In this document: positions 50,990-63,380 of the stretch, one piece after another
Layout: every line of letters begins with the position of its first letter
Position numbering within the stretch: position 1 is the first letter of the stretch
Assembly (NCBI GenBank): GCA_977017645.1
Contig: OZ360222.1
Location: forward strand, 123,504,001-123,568,000
Direction of reading: 5' to 3'
Source of the DNA: Torpedo marmorata
Taxonomy: Eukaryota
DNA length: 64,000 nt
Translations under genes and position numbers: made by a program
The notes under the pieces: model-generated
The model's input: only the letters and a program-made list of their open reading frames with translations
Told to the model about the DNA's origin: nothing
Database searches by the model: none

Positions 50990-52417
50990 ATGGGTCCCAG
51001 CTACGCCTGCCTGTTTGTGGGCTTTGTGGATCAATTCATGCTGCAAGCCTACACAGGCAAGACCCCTCATCTCTTCCTCCGTTATATCGACGACTACATC
51101 GGGGCTGCCTCATGCACCCGCGATGAGCTTGTCAACTTCATCCACTTCGCATCCAACTTCCACCACGATCTCAAACTCACCTGGTCCATCTCCGTTAACA
51201 CTCTCTCCTTCCTGGATCTCTCTGTCTCCATCTCGGGAGACAAGCTTTCCACTGACATTTACTACAAACCCTCCAACTCCCACAACTATCTGGACTACAC
51301 TTCCTCACACCCTGTCCCCTGCAAGGATTCCATCCCCTTCTTTCAATTTCTCCGTCTCCGCCGCACCTGTTCCCAAGATGAGGTCTTCCAGTCCAGATCT
51401 TCTGAAATGTCTGCCTTTTTCCACAAACGTTGCTTCCCCTCCACCACCATCAACTCAGCCCTCACCCGCATCTCCTCCATTTCCCGCTCATCTGCCCTGG
51501 CCCCCTCTGCCCCCAGATGCAACAAACATAGAATCCCCCTCATCCTCACCTACCACCCCACCAGCCTCCGCATCCAACACATTATCCGCCGGAATTTACG
51601 GCACTTACTACAGGATCCCACCATCAGACACATTTTTCCTTCTCCTCCCCTCTCGGCCTTCTGCAGGGACCACTCCCTCCGCGATTCCCTCGTGCACTCA
51701 TCCCTCCCCACCCATCGCACCCCCGGCACCTTCCCCTGTGCCCGCAGGAGGTGCAACACCTGCGCCCACACCTCCCCCCTCACCACGGTCCGGGGCCCCA
51801 AAAAGGCCTTTCAAGTGAAGCTACACTTCACTTGTACATCCAGAGAACTTATTTACTGCATCCGGTGCTCCCTTTGTGGCTTTCTCTACATCGCAGAGAT
51901 TGGTCGTAGATTGGGAGATTCCGTCCGCAACAACAGTGACCTCCCAGTAGCCAGCCATTTCAATTCCGAGTCACACTCCCACACTCACATGTCTGTCCAT
52001 GGCCTTATGTACTATCCCACCCAGACTACCCGCAAATTGGAGGAACGACATCTCATTTTCCATCTGGGCACTCTCCAGCCAGATGGCATTAACATTGACT
52101 TATCTGCTTTCCACTAAACCTGCTTGTCTTTTCCTTCCCCTCCCCCCTCACCTGTCCTTCCTGTTTTTTTCCACCCGCCCAGCCATCCCTCCTCCCCCTC
52201 TTTGCTGCTGTCCCCTCCCTCCTTTCTCCACCTATCATTTCCTGCCTTTGCCAACCCCCCTCTTTCCCCCCCTTACTCTTTTGTTCGGACGCCTGCCGGC
52301 ATTTTCTCATACTTTGATGAAGGGCTCAAGCCCGAAACGTCGGTTATGTATTTCTACCTTTGCTACATAAAAGACACTGTTTGACCTGCTGAGTTTCTCC
52401 AGCATTTGTGTTTTTTA
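50990..52417 (+). mobile_element. Penelope-like element (Neptune type), 5'-truncated: RT, Cys linker, GIY-YIG endonuclease, pLTR
   Basis: MGPSYACLF, RYIDD, FLDL, CARRRCNTC and LIYCIRCSLCGFLYI motifs. TSD ctggccgac (50981-50989) and ctggctgac (52418-52426). Confidence 0.93.
52307..52348 (+). ncRNA. Minimal type I hammerhead ribozyme motif in the Penelope terminal repeat
   Basis: TTGATGA-A-GGGC(TCAA)GCCC-GAAAC-GTC. Variant C3 position, 4-bp stem II and palindromic ACGT stem III. Predicted cleavage after 52341. Confidence 0.7.
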
Positions 52418-53337
52418 CTGGCTGACTGTTGTTGGGCACTGACATGAGAGGCATTAGATGCTGAGTGCAAATGAAAATCAGCGGCAAGACACTTGTAGGT
52501 CAGTTGAACTAACGCAATATGCCAGCATCATTATGTGATTAAACATGCTAAATTTAATAAAAGTTAATTTAATGTTTCTCCAACTTCCTACGTGATACAG
52601 CAAATCTGAAATTATCTTTGTGTTCAGGTTGAAGTTGTCTATCACAATCCCCAATTTTTTTCAGGAAGCAACCCCTTTGAAAAATTTAACAAGCTGTTGG
52701 AGAACTTATTATTTTCTTAATCCTACATCACCAATTAAGTTCAAAAAATAAGAACGTTGTATTTTAGACAACAAACAGGATGGATTATCTGTTGGAATAT
52801 ATTCAATAGAAATTCTGAATCTTGAACTACTCTTAGATATTTTGGGAAATTCAGGAAGCACAACTTTATATTTGGAGTTTCCTTTCCAAGAGGCTTTAGC
52901 TATAGTTAACAGTTCTCAGTTTAGGCATATTTTTAACTGCCAAGTGCATGTTTTAGCTCATTCCTAAAATAATTCCTGTTCAGCTCCTGTTCTCACTGTG
53001 ACTTGTAGTATATAGTGTGTGACTCGTCAGAGGAGAAGAACTTTAGAGAGCAGCAAAAGGTCCTTAAGCTCACCTGAATCATTCTTTTGTGATAGATCCT
53101 AACCCCACCTCCCCACCCTCTCACAAGTTCCTCATTCCTTTGCTCTTGGCCAGTTAATGTAATTGCCAATATGGTCTATTTATACTTTCTCCTTAAATAG
53201 ATTCCATCTGCTACAATGTTTCATCCTGATAATATTTTGATCAGCTGAATTATGAAATCCCTTTAACTTTTGAGTGTTCTCATCTCTTAGTTTTTCACCA
53301 TTGTGAACCACTGTTTGAATGGTACCAGTCCATAAGA

Positions 53338-53585
53338 CCAATTTTATTATCATCTGACTCTACATATACAACCCAACGAAACAACACTTCTCCGGACCAC
53401 AGTGCACATACATACACAAACAATACACAGTAATCACATATATGCATAAAGATAGAATTTAAAATAAATATATGAATAATTTGGGACAATTTACTTGGTT
53501 ACAGGATACTTTTCATCAATTTCAAAGACTGCAGGAAGAAACTATTTCCCAGCCTGGCAGTCCTGATTTTGATACTCCTGTAACT
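53338..53585 (-). mobile_element. Rex1-like LINE 3' end remnant
   Basis: The minus strand encodes YRSIKIRTARLGNSFF, followed by a 3' UTR ending aataaaattgg. Confidence 0.6.
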
Positions 53586-53614
53586 GTACGGAACCTGATG
53601 CACCTGTACCTGTA

Positions 53615-54200
53615 AGACATAGAAGTAGAATGAGGCCATTTGGCCCATTGAGTCTGCTCTGTCATTCAAATCATAGCTGATGTATTTTTCCTCCATAGCC
53701 TTTAACACCCAAGAACCTATCAACCTCTGCTTTAAATAAACCCAATGACTTGGCCCCCACAGCCATCCATGGCAACAAATTTCAGAGATTCACAACACTC
53801 TGGCTGAAGAAATTTCTCCTCATCTCTGTTCTAAAGGGATGTCTTTTTATTCTGGAGTGTGTGCCCTCTGGTCCTAGACTCACCCACTACAAGAAAAAGA
53901 ATGGGTGTCAATATCCACTTTACAAATCTCATTATGGACATGTACACAGACTCTTCAACAATTATAGAGAATAACCATGAGAGGACCATGTCCACTCTAT
54001 CCACACCTTTCAATATTCAGTAGGCTTCAATGATACCACCCCCCCCTCCCCCCATCCTTCTAAACTCCAGCAAGGTGCTCCTCATACGTTAACTCTCTCT
54101 CCGCAGGATCATTCTTGTAAACCTCCACTGGACCCTCTCCAATGTCCGCACATCCTTCCTTAAATATGGTGTCGAAAACTGCTCACAATTCTCCAAATAT
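53615..54200 (-). mobile_element. CR1 LINE 3' portion
   Basis: MKGVDRVD and VGESRTRGHTL motifs. CR1 tail (taagacatagaagtagaatgaggccatttggccc on +). Confidence 0.82.
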
Positions 54201-54929
54201 TAGTCACGCCTTCATTAAGGCTGAAAACTTTTGCATTGCTCAAGAAAATCAAATCTAACTGTCTTTACCATTCCTTATAATTTAAATTTAAATTTAGAAC
54301 TCAGAAATGCCTGATCTTAACTTCTAAATTTTCTCACGCTGAAGTAAACAGAGAAAGATTTCCTCCTGGGCAAATCTACAATTTCACCTTTAATTCTAAT
54401 CTAAAAGCATCTTACTTTTACAACTGCACATGTTATCCCAGCTGATTTCTGGCTAAAGTCTTGAATAGCAACTGTATCATTTATTTTGTGGTTGAACTTT
54501 CTGTTCATTTAACTCAGCCCCTTATTTGCCCTTTCAGCTACAACCAAGCAATGATAAGTCACCTGTAAAGTAGCAGCAACAGAATTCTACCACGGGATTT
54601 TGCAGCTCAGAATCATGCCATCCTGCACATGAACCTTCTTCATACCTCACGTTGCCCTATCAACATATAATAACTTTGGAACTAGGCAAAATCATAAATA
54701 TTCATGGTCCAATCTTTGTAGTTCTGAGCTTTCCTCTCTCAACAAAGCAATTTGTATCCCTTTTATTTGTCTAAAGAGAATTGATTTGGTTTCTGCAATT
54801 AACCACCCAAAACCAATTTAATTAAGAGCCATAAAGTGTGTTCAGAGTGCTGGTAGGTGTTTGTGTTGCAGACATTAACTCTAATGTCATTGGAGCATCA
54901 AGACCAATCATTCTCCCAATTGAGTTAAA

Positions 54930-55055
54930 CAGGAAAGTCTGCACACACTGTAGTGCAATACACAAAAAAGCTGGAGAAACTCAACAAGTCACACAGCATC
55001 TATAGGAAGCTAAGAGCAACTGATGTTTCAGGCCTGAGCCCTTTGTCAAGGTATT
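54930..55055 (-). mobile_element. Penelope terminal-repeat fragment with decayed hammerhead motif
   Basis: The minus strand reads cttgacaaagggctcaggcctgaaacatc...gagtttctccagc. Confidence 0.7.
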
Positions 55056-55424
55056 GACTTCCAATTGCACCTGTTAGTTTTTCATGCTGTGCAAAAAGGC
55101 CAAGGGACATTTTATTCTTTTAATATTGAGGGAAGGACAGTACAAAGCAAATTTCAATATGCATTGCATCTAATGGTGAGTCCAGAAGAAAAATTTGGAC
55201 ATGCACATGTTAAAATTTTATACCCATTAAAACTAATGAATGGAAAATCATGAGAGGAACAGGTATGAATTTCCATATCCTAAAAAGTGCAACTTATGCC
55301 AGGAGCTTCAGTGTTAAAGGTTTAGCTCTGAATATTTTAATAGTTTAACGTGCAGCAACAAACAACTGGTTTATAAAAAGTTGTATGAGAAATGGCAATA
55401 TCCTGTACATAATCCAAAGCAGGA

Positions 55425-55760
55425 AAAGGAAAATCTGGCATTTATAAAGCACCTTTATTTTGCTAATATCCACAGGTGTTTCAGAAGAGCATCTTCAAAA
55501 CGTTGGTCCTGGAGCCAAATGAGGAGAAATTAGTCCAGAAAGACAAATGGACAGAGAGGTTTTAAGGAGGAAAGAGAGGTTGAGACAAGAAGCTTTAGGA
55601 AGGGAATTCCAAAAATGTTGGTAAATGAAGTCACAGGTACCAAAGACCAGAATTACAGGAGCAGATGTATCTCTGAGGATCTTACAGTTATAGGAGGGTA
55701 CAGAGAAAGGGAGGGACAAAGTCATAAAAGGATTTGAAAAATGAGGAAATCTTTAAAATA
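55425..55760 (-). mobile_element. Old L2-type LINE 3' end remnant
   Basis: Similar to 23830-24080 and 48485-48770. Confidence 0.5.
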
Positions 55761-56434
55761 GGGACATCAGTAGAGAATTGTTTTTAATCCAGTTAATGGC
55801 TTTTATTGAGATTAAAAATAATTACACTGTACAAAACCTCATGAAATATTTTTTCTCCCATTAATTTGGTGTTTCCAAAATACATGCCAACTGAAGTTAA
55901 CAGGTGCCCAGCTGGAACAGTTCTCTTCTACAGGTGCTGCTCTGATCTGTTCCCATTCAAAATGGGCCACTCAGTGCTTTATGACTGATACTTTTCCCCA
56001 TTTTCTCGACCAGGTATGAGCTTTGCACAGTGCATCCCATTTATGGCATCATTGCGTCCGAGCACTCACTGCAACAGAGACTGTAGCTCCAGCATCATGA
56101 CCCTCAGTCTGAATTATTGCTCTGTCAATCACATACACTTCCAATGGCATTTCTGCCACTTAGAAGCCAGTTTGTTGCCCGCAATTTTCTCCATGAATTA
56201 TTAATAATTAGAGTTTGAATTCTAATGAAGACATTAATTTTTCTGAACAAGTGCTGTTTCCACTTAAATCCACCTACTTGCCGGTTCAATCTCCTGGGCC
56301 TGGTATATTTACTGGATGTCTGCTGTTTACTCGGTCAGTGTCACATGTTCCTCAAGCCTTTCTATTTAGGGGCAGGCACTGCACCAGAATATTTTGGTGG
56401 ACACTGGTTGAAGTTTTTTTTAACTTTAAATTTT

Positions 56435-56645
56435 ACCAATACAGCATGGTAGAAGGCCCTTCCATGAAACCAGTGCTGTCTAATTGCACCCAATGAACCT
56501 ACCAAGCCTGTATGTTTCTAGAGGGTGGGAGGAAACTGAAGCACCCTGCCAAAACCCATACAGGCCACAGGAGAATGTACAAACTCCTAAAAGACAGCAC
56601 TGGATTTGAACACTGTAATAGCGTTGTGCTGACCGTGTCGCCCAT
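56435..56645 (-). mobile_element. HE1-like SINE
   Basis: gggtgggaggaaact...ggagaatgtacaaactcct core in reverse orientation. Confidence 0.8.
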
Positions 56646-56744
56646 GTCAAATACTTAATGTGAGTGGTTACTCTTTATGCAGGAGCCTGGGCAATGAGGG
56701 TCAGTTTGGATATCAGTAAGAACCAACCAAACCAACTAACTGCC

Positions 56745-58830
56745 GTAAAACACGAAAATCTGTAGACACCGTGGTTGAAGTGAAAAACACAAATGCTGGA
56801 GAAACTCAGCAGGTCAAACAGTGTCTTTTATGTAGCAAAGGTAGAAATACATAACCGACGTTTCGGGCTTGAGCCCTTCATCAAAGTATGAGAAAATGCC
56901 GGCAGGCGTCCGAACAAAAGAGTGAGGGGGGGAAGGGGGGGTTTGGCAAAGGCAGGAGATGATAGGTGGAGAAAGGAGGGAGGGTACAGCAGTAAAGAAG
57001 GGGGAGGATGGATGGCTGGGTGGGTGGAAAAAAACAGGAAGGACAGGTGAGGGGGGAGGGGAAGGAAATGACAAGCAGGTTTAGTGGAAAGCAGAAATGT
57101 CAATGTTAATGCCATCTGGCTGGAGAGTGCCCAGACGGAAAATGAGATGTTGTTCCTCCAATTTGCGGGTAGTCTGGGTGGGATAGTACATAAGGCCATG
57201 GACAGACATGTGAGTGTGGGAGTGTGACTTGGAATTGAAATGGCTGGCTACTGGGATGTCGCTGTTGTTGCGGACGGAGATGAGGTGCTCAGCAAAGCGA
57301 TCTCCCAATCTACGACCGGTCTCTCCGATGTAGAGAAAGCCACAAAGGGAGCACCGGATGCAGTAAATAAGTTCTCTAGATGTACAAGTGAAGTGTAGTT
57401 TCACTTGAAAGGCCTATTTGGGGCCCCAGACCGTGGAGAGGGGGGAGGTGTGGGCGCAGGTGTTGCACCTCCTGCGGGCACAGGGGAAGGTGCCGGGGGT
57501 GTGATGGGTGGGGAGGGATGAGTGCACGAGTGAATCGCGGAGGGAGCGGTCCCTGCGGAAGGCCGAGAGGGGAGGAGAAGGAAAAATATGTCTGGTGGTG
57601 GGATCCTGTAGTAAGTGCCGTAAATTCCGGCGGATAATATGTTGGATGCGGAGGCTGGTGGGGTGGTAGGTGAGGATGAGGGGGTTTCTATGTTTGTTGC
57701 ATCTGGGGGCAGAGGGGGCCAGGACAGATGAGCGGGAAATGGAGGAGATGCGGGTGAGGGCTGAGTTGATGGTGGTGGAGGGGAAGCCACGTTTGTGGAA
57801 GGAGGCAGACATTTCAGAAGATCTGGACTGGAAGACCTCATCTTGGGAACAGATGCGGCGGAGACGGAGAAATTGAGAGAAGGGGATGGAATCCTTGCAG
57901 GGGACAGGGTGTGAGGAAGTGTAGTCCAGATAGTTGTGGGAGTTGGAGGGTTTGTAGTAAATGTCAGTGGAAAGCTTGTCTCCTGAGATGGAGATAGAGA
58001 GATCCAGGAAGGGGAGAATGTTATCGGAGATGGACCAGGTGAGTTTGAGATCGGGGTGGAAGTTGGATGCGAAGTGGATGAAGTTGACAAGCTCATCGCA
58101 GGTGCATGAGGCAGCCCTGATGTAGTCGTCGATATAACGGAGGAAGAGATGAGGGGTCTTGCCTGTGTAGGCTTGCAGCATGGATTGTTCCACAAAGCCC
58201 AGAAACAGGCAGGCGTAGCTGGGACCCATGCGGGTACCCATGGCTACTCCTTTGAATTGGAGGAAGTGGGATGAGTTAAAGGAGAAGTTATTGAGAGTGA
58301 GAACAAGTTCTGCCAGGCGGAGGAGGGTGGTGGTAGAGGGTGACTGGTCGGGTCTTTGGTCCAGGAAGAAGTGAAGTGCTTTCAGACCTTCTGTGTGGGG
58401 GATAAAGGGATTGGACATCCATGGTGAAGATGATGCAGTCCGGTACAGGGAATTTGAAGTCATTGAGGAGATGGAGGGCATTTGAGGTGTCGCGGATGTA
58501 GGTGGGGAGGGATTAGACCAGGGGAGAAAATATGGAGTCAAGGTAAGATTAAACTAGTTCAGTGGGACAGGAGCAGGCAGAAACAATGGATCTGCCCGGA
58601 TGGTTGGGTTTGTGTATCTTGGGTAGAAGGTAGAAACGGGCAGTGCTGGGGTGGGAGAGAATAAGGTTGGTGGCCGTGGAGGGGAGGTGACCGCACGTGA
58701 TGAGGTCGGAGATGGTGTTGGAGACAGTGGCTTGATGTGCAGTGGTGGGGTCCTGTGGGAGGGATCGGTAGGAGGAGGTGTCTGAGAGCTGTCGACTGGC
58801 CTCGGCAAGGTAGAGATCAGTACGCCAAAC
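56745..58830 (-). mobile_element. Penelope-like element (Neptune type), longer copy
   Basis: ORFs 57414-58541 and 57081-57404 contain GVAMGTRMGPSYACLF, RYIDD and YIGETGRRLGDRFAEH. One nonsense codon separates the two ORFs. Highly similar to 50990-52417. Confidence 0.94.
56850..56894 (-). ncRNA. Minimal type I hammerhead ribozyme motif in the Penelope terminal repeat
   Basis: Exact reverse complement of the 52307-52348 motif. Confidence 0.7.
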
Positions 58831-59547
58831 CCTACTGTCACCATGAACTCAATCTGCCTCTATTTCCTGCACACCCTCCCCCCATCTTTTGTTGCCAATT
58901 TTCCAGAATTGCCTGAGCATCTGAGGGCTAAAGATGATCTTAACCTTAAGATGGACTTTAAAGCAAGAGTGAGAGAAGAAAGTCATCTGACACTCAGATA
59001 TAATCATGTTTTATTTAAGATATTTTACAAATTGTAAAACGATTGATAAATGAGATGAAGGGATGTTGAGAGGTCAGGAACTGAGATTTTCAAATAAGAG
59101 GCAAACATTATTCAATGGGACAATTAATCCATGATGATGAACATGAGGGTTGACAATGAGTCGAGAGCATATGTGTTAGATGAGTGGAGATGGGTGCTCA
59201 TGTCCAGAAACCTCAAGGCATACATCGAATTAGAATAGTAGCCCCACCTAAATCCCTGTTGAGACAACCAACAGTGGCCCTCTTAATTACATGCAGATAG
59301 GAAGGATGTGTGGTTTATCCAGCCATTCAATTAGCAGTTTATTGCAAGGAATACCAAGAGAGACTATAATAGAACTGTTGGGGCTGTAGTGAAGGATTTA
59401 AGTCACCGTTGAGCTCTTCTCCCTTTCTTCTCAGCTCTTAAATTATGCCGAGGTACAAGAAATATGTCCCTGCCTCTCTTTGTTCTTCTATCACACATTC
59501 CGCCTTCCCTTGCAGTTAGGTGACTGCCCCAGTCTCTCCCTCCTCTA

Positions 59548-59735
59548 AGTGGCATAGTTAGTGGAGCAGTTAGTGCAAGGCTATTACACCACCAGTGACC
59601 CGGCTTTGAATCTGGTGCTGTCTGTAAGGAGTTTGTATGTTCTCTCCGTGTCTGCATGGGATTCGAAGGTTAATTGATAACATGGGTGTATTTGGGCAGC
59701 CAAAGGACCTGTTACCGTGCTGTATGTCTAAATTA
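59548..59735 (+). mobile_element. HE1-like SINE with internal deletion
   Basis: gctgtctgtaaggagtttgtatgttctctccgtgtctgc core and cctgttaccgtgctgtatgtcta tail. A second, older SINE follows at about 59755-59990. Confidence 0.8.
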
Positions 59736-60882
59736 AAATTATATTAAAAATTAAGCAGAATGGTGCAGCTCGCAGAGCTACTGCCTCAGTATCAGTCTAT
59801 GCTATCCTCTGCTGCTGTCTATGTGAGGTTTGCACATTCTCCCATGGCTTTCCCCTCAGTTCTTCGCTTTCCTTGGACATCCAGAAGCCGTATGGATTGA
59901 TACATTAATTGGCCACTGTAAATTGCTGGCAGTGTGGAGGCGAAAGGGGTGAGTTGATGGAAATGTAAAAATGCGATTACTGTAAACAGGAGCTTGATGG
60001 TTGATGAATAGCTCCTTGTCTTTCACCTTGAGAACGTATCAGGGTGGTGGGGATCCTACTGTCATCACCTGATGACCCTTTGTTTCAGGAAACCGAGCAA
60101 TGTGACAGAGTTTACATGGGTTGGGTTCTGGCCTGCTGCAAGCCCCATTAAGAACAAGAAGACCCAGGTATGAGAGCCATCAGATCCTGAGGATGCATTG
60201 GAATCGTGTGTGGGGGTTTGATGGAGATTTCAGCAGCGGATGAGTTGAGGCAGTAGAAAATGCTCCTGTCAGAGTAGTAATCTGAGAAATGGGCGTAAAT
60301 GCAGCCAGAAGTTCACTCGAGCTTTAGTAACACAGCAAGGTTGCGAACAGGTGAAGTACAGGATTCTGGGGTTAAGTTGTCTGTCTGTCAACAGGGGAAA
60401 TGGATTTTAAAACAGTGTATTCACTGATGGGATGTGGACACCACTGGCAATGCTGGCAGTTATTATCCATCCAGATTTAACTCTGAACTGAGGAGGCAGT
60501 TAACGGTCAACTACATTTGATCCAGGATGCCATGTTTGTGTGTAGTAATGAAGCACAGGCTGTCTGGTGGTCCAACAGTGAGTGGAAGGGGGTGAAATAA
60601 AAAGTTGTTATTTGTCATTATATGTCTGCCACTGTTCATTTGTGCACAAAACAAGCAAATTCAGTTCTGAAAGTGATTGCCTATTTCATTAATTTTCATA
60701 TTTTTGAGAGTTTTTGAATGACTGGATCATATTTAATGAAGGTGTATAAGTCAAAAATAACTTGGAGTACTCTGCACTATCAGGAAGTCCAGGAGAATTT
60801 TTTTTTTCTCCCTTTCCTTAAAATTGATCAATTTGACATTTTTTGTTGGTCATTGGACCTGATAATTCCTGTATATGACTCA

Positions 60883-61731
60883 TGTTACAAACTCAAACCA
60901 GCAACAACAGAAGACGCAATGCAAAAGGGGTAAAAATGAAATTTATATTTATTAAAGACAATTAAACATATAATTTCTTAACAATTAACCCCACTATAAA
61001 CGTCTATAAACACTATTCTTATCTAAAGAGTGTGTGTGTGTGTTAAGCCCAGACCATTACAGTCTGTGCCCAACACTCATGTAAAAATGGAAAACCCTTC
61101 CCCAAAACCCAAGGTCAGTCATAAAAAGAAGTCAGTCCCAAAAATACAGTCCACAAAATTTCACTCTCCATGTTCAGGGTCCAAATTCAGCTCTGTGTGC
61201 TGGCACGAAGGACTTATTAATGGAGAGAGAGACAATGACTGTTTAAGCGTACGAATTCTTGGCCTGCTTTTCTTCTCTGATGACTTTCCCTTTTGGTAGA
61301 TACACGAGGATTGCGATTCCAAATCAGTTTTGGATTGAGGCGTGTACTTGGATCTCACAGCCTGTCTCGCTGATCTCACGCCTGTTCTCCACGAAAGTTG
61401 ATTTAAATCAGGATTTTGCTGATACAGGAGGCCATGTGCTATTCTCCCAGCCTTTTCCCCTGGGATGCACAAGCCTGGATTTTGCTGTGTTCTCCAGCCT
61501 TTGCAACTTCAAACAACTGAATCTGAATGCTTTTTGCAGAGGTTTGCACCTGCTTTTGCAAAAGTGCAACAAAGTATCTTTCCACTGCCTGTCTCTCTCT
61601 GTCTCTCTCTCTGTCTGGGCCGTCCTGGGCAAGTTAACTCTTTCAGTACCAGGTCCCAATGTGGACTCCAAAAGACTTCATCCTTCCTGCTGACCGTCCG
61701 CAGTCCAAATGTTCAGTCATGGTCCATAACA
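60883..61731 (-). mobile_element. Solo LTR (849 bp)
   Basis: TGTTA...TAACA termini, 4-bp TSD CTCA on both sides, AATAAA on the minus strand (60948-60953). Confidence 0.9.
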
Positions 61732-62351
61732 CTCAAAATTAAACTTTATTGGATTAAATTCTTGTGAATGTTTTGCCACGTTAAGTGAGGCAGATGCCTG
61801 TACGTTGTTGTTTTTCAAATATTTGTATGTTGAAGGTGAAGTTCATGAGGGTATCTTAAAACTGAGCAGTTAGAATTTCCTACAGGCTCTTTTCTTGTAG
61901 TGGGGATACCTTTTCCCTTTCAGAAGTGTACCAGATGATTTCAGCCATTGAGTCTCATGATGAAAGTTCTTTAACTCCTATTAATCCAGACAGGATCCAC
62001 ATGACTTCAGTGGCAACTTGCCATTGCAGGAACTGTCTCCACTAATCAATCTTATGATTCATGCCTTGTATTTGTTTCATTTTTCTCCTTTTTTTCTCTT
62101 TTCTACATGCTGCATTAGCCTTTGGTTTGAGATTGTGAATGTTCTGATAGTTTTCAACATGCCCTTTAACTTGGCTATGCCTCAGAAATGGTAAACAATT
62201 TACTCTGATTGTGAATGCTCATTTTGTGACTTAGTGCTTCAGGATATGAGCTGTGCGTAAAGTGGATGTCAGCAAAACAGGAAAATCAGAAATAACATGA
62301 AAACCATGTCTGCATCTCAGAAGAAAGTTTTAGCCTTTTCCACGTTGATAG

Positions 62352-63212
62352 TGTTACAAATTCAAACCAGCAACGATAGAAGACGCAATGCAAAAGGGGT
62401 AAAATTGAAATTTATATTTATTAAAGACAATTAAACATATAATTTCACAACAATTAACCCCACTATAAACGTCTATATACACTATTCTTATCTAAAGAGT
62501 GTGTGTGTGTGTGTATAAAGCCCAGACCATTACAGTCTGTGCCCAACCCTCATGTAAAAATGGAAAAACCTTCCCCAAAACCCCCAGGTCAGTCATAAAA
62601 ATAAGTCAGTCCCAAAAATACTGTCCACAAAAATTCACTCTCTATGTTCAGGGTCCAAATTCAGCTCTGTGTGCTGGCAAGAAGGACTTCTTAATGAACG
62701 TTGGAGAGAGACAATGACTGTTTAAGCTTACGAATGCTTGGCCTGCTTTTCTTCTCTGATGACTTTCCTTTTTGGTAGATTCACGAGGATTGCGACTTCA
62801 AATCCGTTTTGGATTGAGGCGTGTACTTGGATCTCACAGCCTGTCTCACTGATCTCACGCCTGTTCTTCACAAAAGTTGTTTTAACTCAGGATTTTGCTG
62901 ATACAGGAGGCCATGTGCTATTCTCCCAGCCTTTTCCCCTGGGATGCACAAGCCTGGATTTTGCTGTGTTCTCCAGCCTTTGCAACTCCAAACACAACTG
63001 AACCTCAATGCTTTTTGCAGAGGTTTGCACCTGCTTTTGCAAAAGTGCAACAAAGTATCTCTCCACAGTCTGTCTCTCTCTCTCTCTTTGTGAGTACAAG
63101 TAGTCCTGGGCAAGTTAACTCTTTCAATACCAGGTCCCAGTGTGAACTCCAAAAGACTTCATCCTTCCTGCTGACCGTCCACAATCCAAATGGTCAGTTA
63201 TGGTCCATAACA
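62352..63212 (-). mobile_element. Solo LTR (861 bp), same family as 60883-61731
   Basis: TGTTA...TAACA termini with its own 4-bp TSD ATAG on both sides. Confidence 0.9.
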
Positions 63213-63380
63213 ATAGCCAGACGAGCAATTTTATTGAAATTGAAAGATGATTCCTCACCTACACATATACAGTGGTGACAGGATGTAATGTCTTATTTGA
63301 GCTTGGAGAAAATTAGATATAATATTAAAGATAGAAAGTTCCAATTTTTAAAGATATGGGGCCCATTCATAGAATACTAT

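Larger units (their letters stand above)
50636..52687 (+). mobile_element. Internally deleted Chapaev3-like (CMC) DNA transposon hosting a Penelope insertion
   Basis: Transposase C-terminal motif MSLKINFLCSQLDFFPADLGAVSNEHGKWFHQDIAIMEKRNQGNW..SMLAD, continuing as CCWAL after the insert. Subterminal inverted repeat tgcttcctga/tcaggaagca. Left end cattggacaa follows TAA; the right end looks truncated. Family call from recalled motif. Confidence 0.65.

Noticed and set aside
50889-51818. 309-aa Pro/Ser/Thr-rich ORF (and its twin at 57401-58195)
   Set aside because: Alternative frame of the C-rich Penelope coding strand, which is naturally poor in stop codons.
60883-63212. One internally deleted LTR element (TRIM-like) with two LTRs
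   Set aside because: The outer flanks differ (CTCA versus ATAG) and each LTR has its own matching TSD.
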